NCBI GenBank assembly: GCA_965242965.1
Contig: OZ251518.1
Location: forward strand, 1,792,001-1,856,000
DNA length: 64,000 nucleotides
Direction of reading: 5' to 3'
DNA from: Candidatus Poribacteria bacterium
GTDB lineage: Bacteria > Poribacteria > WGA-4E > WGA-3G
The position numbers and the translations under genes are program-made. The notes under the pieces were generated by a model that saw nothing but the letters and a program-made list of their open reading frames with translations, had not been told where the DNA came from and did not search any database. How positions within the stretch are numbered: the stretch's first letter is position 1; each line of letters begins with the position of its first letter. Below are positions 1 through 10,002 of the stretch, in pieces.

Positions 1-286
1 GAAAGGCGCGCCGGATTTCGCATTAGCGAGTGTCGCGGGCGTGTTTGAGATGTCAGGTAGCACCTGCAAAACTGCCAGCATCGTTCTTGGCGGTGTTGCG
101 CCTGCGCCGTGGCGTTCCAAAGAGGCGGAAGCCGCGCTCACCGGCAAGCAGATTACCGAAGCCGTCAGCAAGCAGGCGGGGGCAGACGCAGTCAAGGACG
201 CGCAACCGTTGAACGACAACGAATATAAGGTAGTGTTAACCCAGAATCTCATCAGTCGTGCCGCAATGATGGCGGCGGACGCATAG
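1..286 (+). CDS. Molybdenum hydroxylase FAD-binding subunit (CoxM/YagS-like), C-terminal part; truncated by the window edge
   Basis: Open frame from position 2: DFALASVA...IVLGGVAPAPWR...AQPLNDNEYKV, typical of the CO dehydrogenase/xanthine dehydrogenase flavoprotein C-terminus. Confidence 0.85.
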   Translation, partial: KGAPDFALASVAGVFEMSGSTCKTASIVLGGVAPAPWRSKEAEAALTGKQITEAVSKQAGADAVKDAQPLNDNEYKVVLTQNLISRAAMMAADA

Positions 287-295
287 GAGGCAGCC

Positions 296-535
296 ATGAC
301 TCAAGCCAAACCTTTGCCCCTTTTCAGTCGCCCGATATGCCAGTATCTCCGGACGAAGGCGATTTACATTCCTGGGGGCAACTTACAGAATTTAGTGGAA
401 ACGAATCCGGAATCGCACTATTGGTGCAATTGCACGATGCAGGTGGTCGGCCCGGATGACAGGTTTGTTGCGCCGGATGCTTGCAAGCAATCGCGCGCCT
501 GTTTCACACCAGTCGGCGGAAAACCGGTTGTCTAG
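296..535 (+). CDS. Small Cys-rich hypothetical protein
   Basis: AGGAGG RBS; motifs CQYLRTK, YWCNCT, GPDD, C..RACF. Confidence 0.75.
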   Translation: MTQAKPLPLFSRPICQYLRTKAIYIPGGNLQNLVETNPESHYWCNCTMQVVGPDDRFVAPDACKQSRACFTPVGGKPVV

Positions 536-565
536 AAACCTATCCGCGGCACTGTGTTTTTTCAC

Positions 566-743
566 CGTAGGGCGAGGGCCTGTCCCTCGCCACCTTCACA
601 CTAGGCCAAATCGTAGGGCGAGGGCCTGTCCCTCGCCGTGCCTTCTTCTACGATTCTTTTCACCGTAGGGCGAGGGAAACCTGTCCCTCGCCATGTCCGC
701 TGCGTATTTTTTTCACCGTAGGGCGAGGGCCTGTCCCTCGCCA
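566..743. repeat. REP-like cluster: 4 copies of GTAGGGCGAGGG(CC/AAACC)TGTCCCTCGCC
   Basis: Direct tandem copies of a GTAG-headed imperfect palindrome. Confidence 0.9.
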
Positions 744-763
744 TTTTCACCTCAACACAAAAG

Positions 764-1219
764 ATGCCCCTCCTAAAATCGTTGATACAATGGTTACACG
801 TTGGTTCTGTCGTCCTGATGATAGGCGGGTTTTTCTTCTTTCGCGTCATCTTAATACCAATTGCGAACCGCTTGCCAGATCCGACAACATTCATCACTTC
901 AGCACTGCGCCGTTTCAGCGGCATCGTCTGGTGCGCGCTGCTCACCGTCCTCATTTCAGGACTCTACAACTTCATCACCTTTTTCCTCGCAGCACGCGGC
1001 GTTGCGGCTGCAGAGATGCCCTATTTTTCGCTCTATATCCTCGTTATCGGCATCAAACTCTTCATCGTCTTTCTCATCTACACGCTTGCAATTATGCTGA
1101 CGTTCCCCTATCCCGTGTTTGGGATATTTCAGAAAAAGCCTGCGCCGTGGCTGAACCTCACCGTGATTCTAGGGTTAATTGTTATTTTTCTATCTGCCTT
1201 CTTGCGTCGCTTAGCGTGA
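764..1219 (+). CDS. 4-TM membrane protein, CopD/DUF4149-like
   Basis: WLHV...IGG motif, ISGLYN, four hydrophobic helices. Confidence 0.7.
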   Translation: MPLLKSLIQWLHVGSVVLMIGGFFFFRVILIPIANRLPDPTTFITSALRRFSGIVWCALLTVLISGLYNFITFFLAARGVAAAEMPYFSLYILVIGIKLFIVFLIYTLAIMLTFPYPVFGIFQKKPAPWLNLTVILGLIVIFLSAFLRRLA

Positions 1220-1385
1220 AAACCCCCGATAGGCGCGGTTTGAAACCGCGTTACCTTCAGAATGTGCGGGCAAACCGTCCAGATACCCCCAGGCTCTGGC
1301 GAGCCTTCCCTACAGAGAGGAGTCTGTTCATAGTTTTCCCTGATGGTAAAAAACCAAATGCCCCTGGTCTGCCCTATTGTCCGAC

Positions 1386-1414
1386 TTGACATTTCGCGTG
1401 AGATAGGGTATAAT
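1386..1414 (+). promoter_or_regulatory. sigma70 promoter
   Basis: TTGACA-17 bp-TATAAT. Confidence 0.8.
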
Positions 1415-1458
1415 GTTTATACGTTATTTCAGTTTTATTGAAATTGAAGGAATTTCAG

Positions 1459-1971
1459 TTGAAAGAAGAACAAGAAAATCAAGAAGTGAACGCCGAACAA
1501 CACGGTGACAGGGTCTCCAATTTTCTGGGTGAGATTCCCGAGGCATGGCAACGCCGTGCGCGAGCCGCCTTTGGCTATACGTTTTGTGTGGTGATGCTCA
1601 TCGCTATTCCGTGTGTGATCGCTGCCGAGATTTTCCCGGCGGTGACGTGGTTATCCATCGTCTTGAGGGTGTTTGGGCAGATTGGGAGTCTCCTCTACCA
1701 CTATGGTGTGGGTTTAACGTTCGGTATTGCTGCGCCGTGTTTGGCGTGGGAGGGTATCATGTATTTACGAGAAAAGCGCCGCCGTGAAAAGGCGGAGGCA
1801 TTCGCGGCCGCTGTCAATGAGGAGCTCCAACGTGCCCGTGAGGAAGCGGAAGCTGTCGTAGCGCAACTCCAAGAACGGATTAACGTGTTGGAAACCGAAG
1901 TCACGCAACTGCGCAGCGAATTAAACGGATCGAATGCACGTTCGCAGTCATCCGACGATGCAGCGGATTAG
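1459..1971 (+). CDS. Membrane-anchored coiled-coil protein, copy 1
   Basis: Hydrophobic helices followed by a C-terminal coiled coil; TTG start chosen from the AAGGA RBS and alignment to the paralog. Confidence 0.75.
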   Translation: MKEEQENQEVNAEQHGDRVSNFLGEIPEAWQRRARAAFGYTFCVVMLIAIPCVIAAEIFPAVTWLSIVLRVFGQIGSLLYHYGVGLTFGIAAPCLAWEGIMYLREKRRREKAEAFAAAVNEELQRAREEAEAVVAQLQERINVLETEVTQLRSELNGSNARSQSSDDAAD

Positions 1972-2044
1972 CACCGCCGCAAAACCAACCGGGGTGGGCG
2001 CGGTTTGAAACCGCGCCCACTGCACTTGAGAGACAAAATTGCAC

Positions 2045-2073
2045 GTGACATTTGTCATGAGATAGGGTATAAT
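2045..2073 (+). promoter_or_regulatory. sigma70 promoter (duplicate of 1386-1414)
   Basis: GTGACA-17 bp-TATAAT; shares GAGATAGGGTATAAT with the first copy. Confidence 0.7.
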
Positions 2074-2117
2074 AATGGTTATAGACTGTCTCAGTTCGAT
2101 CGAAGGAATCTATCCAT

Positions 2118-2672
2118 TTGAAAGAAGAACAAGAACCTAAAGAAGAAAACGCTGAACACCGCAGTGGCAAGTCCCCCAATTTCCTAGGTGAGATTCCGGA
2201 GGCGTGGCAACGCCGTGCGCGCGCCGCCTTTGGCTATACGTTTTGTGTGGTGATGCTCATCGCTATTCCGTGCGTGATTGCTGCCCGGATTTTCCCGGCG
2301 GTGATATGGTTATCCATCGTCTTGGAAGTGCTTGGGCAAATTGGGAGTTTCCTCTACCACTATGGTGTCGGTTTAACGTTCGGGATTGCTGCGCCGTGTT
2401 TGGCGTGGGAGGGTATTATGTATTTACGAGAAAAACGCCGTCGCGAAAAGGCGGAGGCATTCGCGGCCGCTGTCAATGAGGAACTCCAACGTGCCCGTGA
2501 GGAAGCGGAAGCTGTCGTAGCACAACTCCAACGTGCGCGTGAGGAAGCAGAAGCTGTCAATGCGCAACTCCAAGAACGAGTGAACGCGTTGGAAACCGAA
2601 GTCACGCAACTGCGCAGCGAATTAAACGGATCGAATGCACGTTCGCAGTCATCCGACGATGCAGCGGATTAG
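2118..2672 (+). CDS. Membrane-anchored coiled-coil protein, copy 2 (extra 14-aa repeat)
   Basis: Near-identical to 1459-1971. Confidence 0.75.
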   Translation: MKEEQEPKEENAEHRSGKSPNFLGEIPEAWQRRARAAFGYTFCVVMLIAIPCVIAARIFPAVIWLSIVLEVLGQIGSFLYHYGVGLTFGIAAPCLAWEGIMYLREKRRREKAEAFAAAVNEELQRAREEAEAVVAQLQRAREEAEAVNAQLQERVNALETEVTQLRSELNGSNARSQSSDDAAD

Positions 2673-2739
2673 CACCGCCGCAAAACAACCGGGGGAGGCG
2701 CGGTTTCAAACCGCGCCTATTCTCATGAAAGCGCGCCTG

Positions 2740-3747
2740 CTAACCGCGCGTCACGCGCCCAAGCACCGGATACGCCGGATCGTTGTAACCTTTCCCCGTA
2801 TGCTCACCGGGCGGCACCAACGCATCGATTGCAGCCTCATCCGCTGCACTCAGCGTGCAATCCAGACAGCCGAGGTTATCCTCCAACTGCTCCATCGTCC
2901 GCGGCCCAATAATCGCCGAAGTGATAAGCGGATTCGCCAGCACCCATGCCAATGCAAATTGCGTGAGCGTTTTGTCGTGCGCGTCAGCCAACGGCTTCAG
3001 TTGCCGCGCAACTTCGTAACTCTCCTCGCGGAGTTCGGTTTGCAAAATGCGCCTATCTTTTCGCGCAGCCCGAGAACCCTTCGGCGGTTCTTGTCCGATA
3101 AGATACTTCCCCGACAGCACGCCGCGCGCTAACGGACTATAAGGCACAACCCCTACGCCATATTTTTCACAAAACGGCAGCAACTCCACCTCAGCATCGC
3201 GGTTGACGATGTTATAGAGGGGTTGAACGCACACAAATTCCTCCAAACCGAGTTTCTCGCTTGTCCACAACGCTTCGCAGACGCGCCACGCCTCAAAATT
3301 AGAGCAGGCGATATAGCGAACTTTCCCCAGCCGAACGCAATCGTCCAATGCCCGCAGCGATTCCGCAATGCGCGTCGATGCATCCCAACGATGCAGGTAA
3401 TACACGTCAATATAATCCGTGCCGAGACGCTTGAGGCTTGCCTCCACCGCCGACATGATATGCACCCGATGCGAGCCGCTTTGATTCACATCGTCTCCCA
3501 TCGAACCGTGGACTTTCGTGGCGATAACCCACTTCTCCCGGTTTGAACGAACCGCCTTTCCGATGACGCGTTCCGACTCACCGTCGTTATAGACGTTGGC
3601 GGTGTCCATGAAGTTAATGCCTGCGTCTAGCGCGCGGTGGATGATGCGGATAGAATCCTTCTCATTCGTCGGCCCGCCGAACATCATCGTGCCGAGGCAC
3701 AGCGGCGATACCTTCACGCCTGCGCGCCCGAGTGTTTTGTATTCCAT
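2740..3747 (-). CDS. Aldo/keto reductase
   Basis: LCLGTMMFG, DTANVY, LKRLGTDYID, YSPLARG motifs. Confidence 0.95.
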   Translation of the reverse strand: MEYKTLGRAGVKVSPLCLGTMMFGGPTNEKDSIRIIHRALDAGINFMDTANVYNDGESERVIGKAVRSNREKWVIATKVHGSMGDDVNQSGSHRVHIMSAVEASLKRLGTDYIDVYYLHRWDASTRIAESLRALDDCVRLGKVRYIACSNFEAWRVCEALWTSEKLGLEEFVCVQPLYNIVNRDAEVELLPFCEKYGVGVVPYSPLARGVLSGKYLIGQEPPKGSRAARKDRRILQTELREESYEVARQLKPLADAHDKTLTQFALAWVLANPLITSAIIGPRTMEQLEDNLGCLDCTLSAADEAAIDALVPPGEHTGKGYNDPAYPVLGRVTRG

Positions 3748-3799
3748 GATTAGACTCCTTTCTACGTTGGTCCCTGCGGAACATTTTCGTCACTTCGCA

Positions 3800-4531
3800 T
3801 TACGCCATTCGTATGCCACCGTTGACATCAAGCGTTGCCCCGGTAAGATAACGTCCCTCTTCCGAAGCAAGAAAGAGAATGGCACTCGCAATTTCCGAGG
3901 CATCGGCAACGCGGCCAAGCGGAATCTGGTCCGTCATATCCGGATGGTTTTTCGCCATCTCCGTCGCGGCGACACCCGGCGCGATGGAGTTCACCGTAAT
4001 CCCGTATTCGCCGAGCACCCGCGCCAACGATTTCGTTAAACACATCACTCCCGCTTTTGAAGCGGAATAAGGAGCAGACGCAACGATGCCGCCCACCTGT
4101 CCCGCTAACGAACCGAGATTGATAATCCTGCCAGCCCGCTGTGTTTTCATCGTCTCCATCACCGCTTGCGCGCAGAGGAAAGGGCCTTTGAGGTTGACAG
4201 CCATCATCCGGTCCCATTCTTCTTCGGTGCAAGCATCGATGCGCGTATAACTGAAAATACCGGCGTTGTTGACAAGGATATCGATGCGCCCAAATGCCTC
4301 AAGCGTCTGGCGCACCATCGCTCGCACTGATTCGCCGTTGGAGACATCCGTTTCAATGACTTTGCACTTCCTGCCGAGTGCCTGAATCTCGGCGGCGGCC
4401 GCTTCGGCGTTAGCGATATTCACTTCGGGGATGACAATATCCGCGCCTTCCCGTGCGAACGTGAGGCATGTCGCTTTTCCAATGCCTCCCCCGCCGCCTG
4501 TTACGATAGCTACCTGTCCTTCCAATCGCAT
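3800..4531 (-). CDS. Short-chain dehydrogenase/reductase (FabG-like)
   Basis: TGGGGGIG, NNAG, YSASK motifs. Confidence 0.95.
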   Translation of the reverse strand: MRLEGQVAIVTGGGGGIGKATCLTFAREGADIVIPEVNIANAEAAAAEIQALGRKCKVIETDVSNGESVRAMVRQTLEAFGRIDILVNNAGIFSYTRIDACTEEEWDRMMAVNLKGPFLCAQAVMETMKTQRAGRIINLGSLAGQVGGIVASAPYSASKAGVMCLTKSLARVLGEYGITVNSIAPGVAATEMAKNHPDMTDQIPLGRVADASEIASAILFLASEEGRYLTGATLDVNGGIRMA

Positions 4532-4586
4532 ATCTGTTTCTCCTTTCAATCAGAACGGTTCAGTTCTCAATGGCAACGGTATTCTA

Positions 4587-4857
4587 CCGGTAGGAGGGAC
4601 ATCACGCCTTACATCATCGAGACCGGGAGGTCTCTCCTACCGGTAGGAGGGACATCCTTGTCCCGATAAACTGAAACCGGTAAGAGGAATATCCTTGTCC
4701 CGATATCCCTATCCCGGTAGGAGGGACATCCCTGTCCCGATACCTTCTTCGGTAGGAGGGACATCCTTGTCCCGATAGATTGAAAATTGAGACCGGGAAG
4801 TCTCTCCTACTGCGTCCCGATGGATTGAAAATCGAGGCCAGGAGGTCTCTCCTACTG
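4587..4857. repeat. REP-like cluster (GTAGGAGGGACATCCTTGTCCCGAT and GTAGGAGAGACCTCCYGGTCTCGAT families)
   Basis: Multiple copies in both orientations. Confidence 0.9.
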
Positions 4858-4987
4858 CAGAAAATGAAATCGTCCTGCCTTTCAATTTTTTTTCTTGAAA
4901 AATTACGCTGAATTTGGTAACATATTAACTATTATGACACGAATTTTGTAAAAAGTCAAACACCTACTAAAAAGGAGATTGCGGATT

Positions 4988-5797
4988 ATGAAACATCCCG
5001 AATTTTCGCGCTGGCTGATACTCGCGCTGGTGTTCACGCTGGCGGGTCCCGTCGCAGCGCAAAACTATTATCCTGCCACTATCGGCAATACATGGATTTT
5101 AGAGAGTGACACCGGCGAAGACCGGCGCACTTACACCCTCGAGGGACCCGAAACCGTTGATGGCAAAGAACTTACCATCCTTAAAATCGAGACAGTGGGC
5201 CCAGACCTCGACACTCCCGACATCGACAGGTATTTTGTGAGTGTCGGCGACGAAGAAATCGGGTTGCACAAAACCATTTTGGACGAGGGCACCCTCGGCA
5301 TCATAACGGCTGTTTTGGAGCCGGCCGCCACTTTCTTCCGATTACGGTTAGAGGTAGGCGATACGTGGGAAATCTCAGCGGAACTCAAACTAGCTGTCCT
5401 AGGCAGAGAGATCGACTTGGAAAACGCCACCGACGTAGAAGTCGTTGCAATTGAGACGGTAGAAACGCCGGCAGGCACCTTTGAAAACTGCGCCAAGGTT
5501 AAATTGCAGCAGCGCGTCACATCCACGTTCCTGAATCTGGATTCGACCTCGTATCAATGGCTGGCACCCGATGTCGGGCCCGTCAAATATCTCAACAGCG
5601 ATGGGATTGACTATAACCTTGTCAGTTTCAAAATAGGACTGCCTTATGACGTAAACGGTGATGGCACTGTCAACGTCTTGGATCTGGTGTTCGTAGCCTC
5701 GCGCTTCGGGCAGACAGATGCGGCTGCAGACCTGAACGGCGACGGAGTGGTTAACATTCTGGATCTGACGCTCATCGCCGGGAATTTTGGGAATTAA
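4988..5797 (+). CDS. Secreted DUF3108/TapB-like domain protein with C-terminal dockerin
   Basis: Signal peptide; NYYP..GNTW, ETPAGTFENC, WLAPDVGPVK; paired DVNGDGxVNxLDL EF-hand repeats. Confidence 0.85.
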   Translation: MKHPEFSRWLILALVFTLAGPVAAQNYYPATIGNTWILESDTGEDRRTYTLEGPETVDGKELTILKIETVGPDLDTPDIDRYFVSVGDEEIGLHKTILDEGTLGIITAVLEPAATFFRLRLEVGDTWEISAELKLAVLGREIDLENATDVEVVAIETVETPAGTFENCAKVKLQQRVTSTFLNLDSTSYQWLAPDVGPVKYLNSDGIDYNLVSFKIGLPYDVNGDGTVNVLDLVFVASRFGQTDAAADLNGDGVVNILDLTLIAGNFGN

Positions 5798-5840
5798 CCT
5801 TGCCTATCCACACGCAATAGTGTAAAATAAAAAGGACACC

Positions 5841-6110
5841 ATGGTAACATGGAAATTGGCGTTAGCCGTTATCATCATCGCCATTCTGCTGATTCTCACC
5901 GGGATGTGGTTTGGATACCGCTACGTGAGACAGCAAGAGGACATCTCGCCGGAGGCGAGAACGTTCAGTTTACCCGTAATTGCGGGACATATTCGTCCCA
6001 GTTGGGACGCTAACGTCGGGAGAGGTTTGATACCGAGCCCGACATCAATTTCATGGAACGGAAGCAGAACAAGCCCTGTAAGCGCGGTTGCAAACCGCAC
6101 CTACCGGTAG
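5841..6110 (+). CDS. Small hypothetical protein with N-terminal TM helix; its 3' end is formed by a REP
   Basis: AAGGA RBS, hydrophobic N-terminus; GCGCGGTTGCAAACCGCACCTAC near the stop. Confidence 0.5.
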   Translation: MVTWKLALAVIIIAILLILTGMWFGYRYVRQQEDISPEARTFSLPVIAGHIRPSWDANVGRGLIPSPTSISWNGSRTSPVSAVANRTYR

Positions 6111-6159
6111 GGTTTCTGGCATTTGCGTCCGTTCTATTCCAAAAAAGGAGATTTAACTG

Positions 6160-8127
6160 ATGAAAAATACGACATGCATGCGTTGGCTACTGCCTATCCT
6201 GGTCCTAGGCCTGGTGTGCAGCTTCACTTTGACAGCGGCGGCGCAGAACTATTATCCAGCGGCTATTGGCAATGTGTGGACATTAACCAGCACCGATGGC
6301 ACAGAGGAACGCACCTACTCGCTCGAAGAACCCGACATTGAAGTTGATGCCGGGGTCGTCCTCCTCAAAATCGCAACGGCAGTCGTCGGCACCGAAGCGG
6401 TGGACATTGATAACTACTATGTCACCGTCGATGCTGAAGGGATAAAACTGCACCAAAGTGCTACGGATGAAGGCACGTTCGGCATCGCTAAAGCGCAGTT
6501 CGATCCGCCGGCATCTTTCTTCCCACTGCCGCTAGTTTTAGGCGACGCGTGGGAAATTGTTGCAGAAACAGAACTGAAACTAGTCGGCGCAACCACTAGC
6601 ACCACCAGTGCCGAAGTTGTCGCTCTTGAGACAATCACAACGTCAGCGGGCACCTTTGATAACTGTGTCAAGATTCAGTTGAAACGAAGGGTTGTCACGC
6701 GGCTCGTCACCACACGTTCGACCTCTTACCAGTGGTTGGCACCCGATGTCGGGCCTGTCAAATACGAAAATGACCAGGGTGTTGTCTACGAATTGATGGA
6801 TTACACCGTCCTTCCCGATGCACCGGCAGAGCCAGAAATGCCTGTAGCAGACGAACCTGCTGTCGATGAACCGGTGATGCCAGCAGGCCACAGTTTCGCT
6901 CTCGCGCTGGAACCGGGCTTGAACCTGATTTCCGTTCCGCTGATGCCAGCCGAACCTTACACGGCAAAATCGCTCGCCGATATGTTAGGTGCAACGGTTG
7001 TCATTCAATTGGATGCAATGACTAAGGAATTCGTCGCCTACTCTGTTGCGGAAGGTGATGCAGGCTTTGGTATCAGCGGCGACCGCGGCTATATCGTCAA
7101 TACGCCGGCTGGTGGCATGGTGACGTTCACAGGACAAGCGTGGGCGAATCCGCCTGCGGAAGAGCCCGACGTTGAGGAACCAGTTGTTCCAGAGGAACCT
7201 GCAACTGAAGAACCAGTTGTCACCGAGGAATCCACTGACGATGAACCCGCTGAAGACGAAGGCGATGCACCTGTCGTTGCTGAAACGCCAGAGGCACCCG
7301 CAGAAGGTGAAATGCCTGCTGAAGGTGAAGGCGATGCACCTGTCGTTGCTGAAATGCCTGAAACACCTGCGGAGGATGACATGCCTGCCGAAGAGGAAAC
7401 ACCAGAGGCACCTGCTGCAGGCGAAGGCGATGCACCCGTTGTTGCTGAAACACCAGAGGCACCCGCAGAAGGTGAAGGTGAAGACGAGGCACCCGCTGCC
7501 CCGGCTCTCCGCACCTACAACGGCACGTGGGCGTTCGTCGTCACCAGCGATTTGCAGGGAATTGAAGCCGGCGCGTCTTACGTTGTCGTCGCCGAAAACC
7601 TGCGCACTGGCATTGTCACGACAAAACAGGTCAGTGGTGATGCGCAGCGCATCTCCGCCGCTTGGGCAGATATGAATCGCAAGAGTGTCGTGGAAGCCGG
7701 TGATAAATTGGAAGTCGCGCTCTATGATGCGCGTGGTGTCATCGTCTCTGGGCCCTTCCAGCGCACAGTGACTACCACGGATATCCGCAACGCCTACCTC
7801 ACACTGCAACTGCGAGTCGGCGATGTGCAGCCGAAGGATACTCTCCTCGCGCAAAACTTCCCGAATCCGTTCAACCCGGAAACCTGGATCCCCTATCAGT
7901 TGAGCAAATCCACTGAAGTCACGCTCCAGATTTACGACATTTCCGGCCGTTTGGTTCGGACATTGGACTTGGGATGGAAGCCGACCGGCTCCTATATGAC
8001 GCAGTCTAGTGCGGCGTATTGGGATGGCAGAAACAGTGTCGGTGAACGCGTCGCGAGCGGCCCGTATTTCTATACGCTCCAAACGCGAGACTTCGCCGCC
8101 ACTCGCCGAATGGTGATTCTCAAGTAG
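6160..8127 (+). CDS. Secreted multidomain protein: DUF3108/TapB-like domain, Pro/Glu-rich repeat linker, FlgD-like/T9SS-type C-terminal domain
   Basis: Signal peptide; WLAPDVGPVK; EGDAPVVAETPEAPA repeats; QNFPNPFNPETWIPYQL...RRMVILK. Confidence 0.9.
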   Translation: MKNTTCMRWLLPILVLGLVCSFTLTAAAQNYYPAAIGNVWTLTSTDGTEERTYSLEEPDIEVDAGVVLLKIATAVVGTEAVDIDNYYVTVDAEGIKLHQSATDEGTFGIAKAQFDPPASFFPLPLVLGDAWEIVAETELKLVGATTSTTSAEVVALETITTSAGTFDNCVKIQLKRRVVTRLVTTRSTSYQWLAPDVGPVKYENDQGVVYELMDYTVLPDAPAEPEMPVADEPAVDEPVMPAGHSFALALEPGLNLISVPLMPAEPYTAKSLADMLGATVVIQLDAMTKEFVAYSVAEGDAGFGISGDRGYIVNTPAGGMVTFTGQAWANPPAEEPDVEEPVVPEEPATEEPVVTEESTDDEPAEDEGDAPVVAETPEAPAEGEMPAEGEGDAPVVAEMPETPAEDDMPAEEETPEAPAAGEGDAPVVAETPEAPAEGEGEDEAPAAPALRTYNGTWAFVVTSDLQGIEAGASYVVVAENLRTGIVTTKQVSGDAQRISAAWADMNRKSVVEAGDKLEVALYDARGVIVSGPFQRTVTTTDIRNAYLTLQLRVGDVQPKDTLLAQNFPNPFNPETWIPYQLSKSTEVTLQIYDISGRLVRTLDLGWKPTGSYMTQSSAAYWDGRNSVGERVASGPYFYTLQTRDFAATRRMVILK

Positions 8128-8140
8128 GCACCATCACAAT

Positions 8141-8187
8141 AAAACGCTCCGATTCACCGGCACGCCGTTGATTTGGAGCGTTTTTTA
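8141..8187 (+). terminator. Intrinsic terminator
   Basis: AAAACGCTCC...GGAGCGTTTTTT hairpin with U-tract. Confidence 0.7.
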
Positions 8188-8259
8188 TGCTAATGCGGCT
8201 GCAAGGCGGATTTCTATATCCGTCCACACAGTGCAAAAGAAAAATGCAAAGGAAATCAG

Positions 8260-9042
8260 ATGCGCGCAAACACCACCCTTCTGTCACTACTCTGGGGCTT
8301 GCTCACGAGTAGCCTTGCGATGGCAGCATCAAATTATTATCCCATGGATATCGGCAACGTGTGGGTTTTAGAGAGTCAAGATGGCGCGGAACGAAGCACC
8401 TATACCGTTGAAGCAACTGGCGAACCAGTTCGTCTCCTCAAAATGACGACAGAAACGCTAGGGACAGACGTTGTCTCAACAAACCGCGCTTTCGTAGAGG
8501 TTGCCGAAGATGGACTCAAACTGCACAAAATCGTATCAGAGCTCGGTTCAGTGTTCGGCGTAGCAAACGTTGAATTTTCGCCGCCTGCCACCTTTTTCCC
8601 CACGCCGATGAAACTCGGCACTTCGTGGGAACTTGAGGCAACCACAGATGTCACCCTCCTCGGCCCCGTGAAGATCACCACAACCGCTGAAGTTATCGCA
8701 TTAGAAGATGTGGTAACCCCGGCGGGGACGTTCAAACACTGCTTCAAAATTCGGATGCGAAGTAAAACGCGTTCCGCGTTAATAACGAGCCGCTCTACTC
8801 TTTACCAATGGCTGGCACCGGACATCGGTCCCGTGAAACTTGAAACCGATCAGGATATTGTGTTTGAGCTCATCTATTCCAATCTGATTTATGACGTAAC
8901 CGGCGATGGCATTATTAACATTTTGGACCTAACGTTTGTGGCATCGCGCCTCGGACAAACCGCGCCAGAGGCAGATGTCAACGGCGATGGCGTTGTGAAT
9001 ATTTTAGATTTAGTGCTTATCGCGCGGCATGTTGGAAATTAA
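8260..9042 (+). CDS. Secreted DUF3108/TapB-like protein with dockerin (paralog of 4988-5797)
   Basis: Same motifs; DVTGDGIINILDL and DVNGDGVVNILDL. Confidence 0.85.
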   Translation: MRANTTLLSLLWGLLTSSLAMAASNYYPMDIGNVWVLESQDGAERSTYTVEATGEPVRLLKMTTETLGTDVVSTNRAFVEVAEDGLKLHKIVSELGSVFGVANVEFSPPATFFPTPMKLGTSWELEATTDVTLLGPVKITTTAEVIALEDVVTPAGTFKHCFKIRMRSKTRSALITSRSTLYQWLAPDIGPVKLETDQDIVFELIYSNLIYDVTGDGIINILDLTFVASRLGQTAPEADVNGDGVVNILDLVLIARHVGN

Positions 9043-9069
9043 TTTTTGGAAGTCAAAAACTATCCCTTC

Positions 9070-9965
9070 ATCGTCGCGCGGGGGCCTGATCTGTAGTTTG
9101 GGCTCGCCTGATTCCGAACAAGCGTCGCCGCCTGAACGTAGCGCGGGGGCCTGTCCCCCGCGAGCCCTCCTTTGTCTGAAGCAGGATTTGCAGGATTAAC
9201 AGGATTTGCAGGATTAGGTATCCTTGTCGATGCAAAACTTCTTTTCACCGTAGTGCGGGGCCTGATTTGTAGTTCGGGCTCGCCTGATTCCAAACAAGCG
9301 TCGCCGCCTGAACGTAGCGCGGGGGCCTGTCCCCCGCGATCTACCGACCTAAACGAAAACCGTCCGCAGTCCAGAGACTACGGACGGTTTCTGTGACGAA
9401 CGAGGCACGGCGAGGGAAACCCGCTCGGATGCGCGTGTGGCATCCGAGGGACCTCGCCCTACGGTGCGGCTGCGCGGTTTGGATAGCCGAAAAAGAAAAA
9501 GCATATTAAGGTCCTACAGACCTTGGCCATCTTCGCGGCGCACCACTCTATAGACATTAAGGTCTTACAGACCTAAAGAGACGTTTTATCGCGATAAAAC
9601 CCCCTAATCTTGCTAATCCGGAGCAGGATTACCACGATTATCACGATTATCACGATTATAGGTTCTGATGTACCAACACCCCGTGGCCTACCACAACCGC
9701 GCCGGCGTACCAGAGCTCTAATCCTGTGAAATCCTGGAAATCTTGGAAATCCTGCTCATATCTTGCTAATCCTGCTCCAGACAAATGAGATCGCGAGGGA
9801 CAGGCCCTCGCGCTACGGTGAAGGGGACGATTTTGGCACGGCGAGAGACAGGCCCTCGCGTTACGGTGAAGGGGACGATTTTGGCATGGCGAGAGACAGG
9901 TTTCCCTCGCCCTACGGTGGAAGGAACGATCGATGCATGGCGAGGGACAGGCCCTCGCCCTACGA
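9070..9965. repeat. Large REP mosaic, including 9-nt periodic AATCCTG repeats and a half four-palindrome element
   Basis: Many GTAG palindromes; GATTATCAC-like tandem; AAATCCTGG-type repeats. Confidence 0.9.
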
Positions 9966-10002
9966 TAACGGAAAATCATCGATGCCGAAGATGAATTCCA
10001 TA

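Noticed and set aside
1438-2672. Diversity-generating retroelement template/variable repeat pair
   Set aside because: Differences are not adenine-specific, both copies are full genes, and no reverse transcriptase is present.
6985-8082. Long antisense ORFs (also 16011-17069, 20331-21329, 37079-38101, 49442-50251)
   Set aside because: Shadow frames of well-supported genes on the opposite strand.
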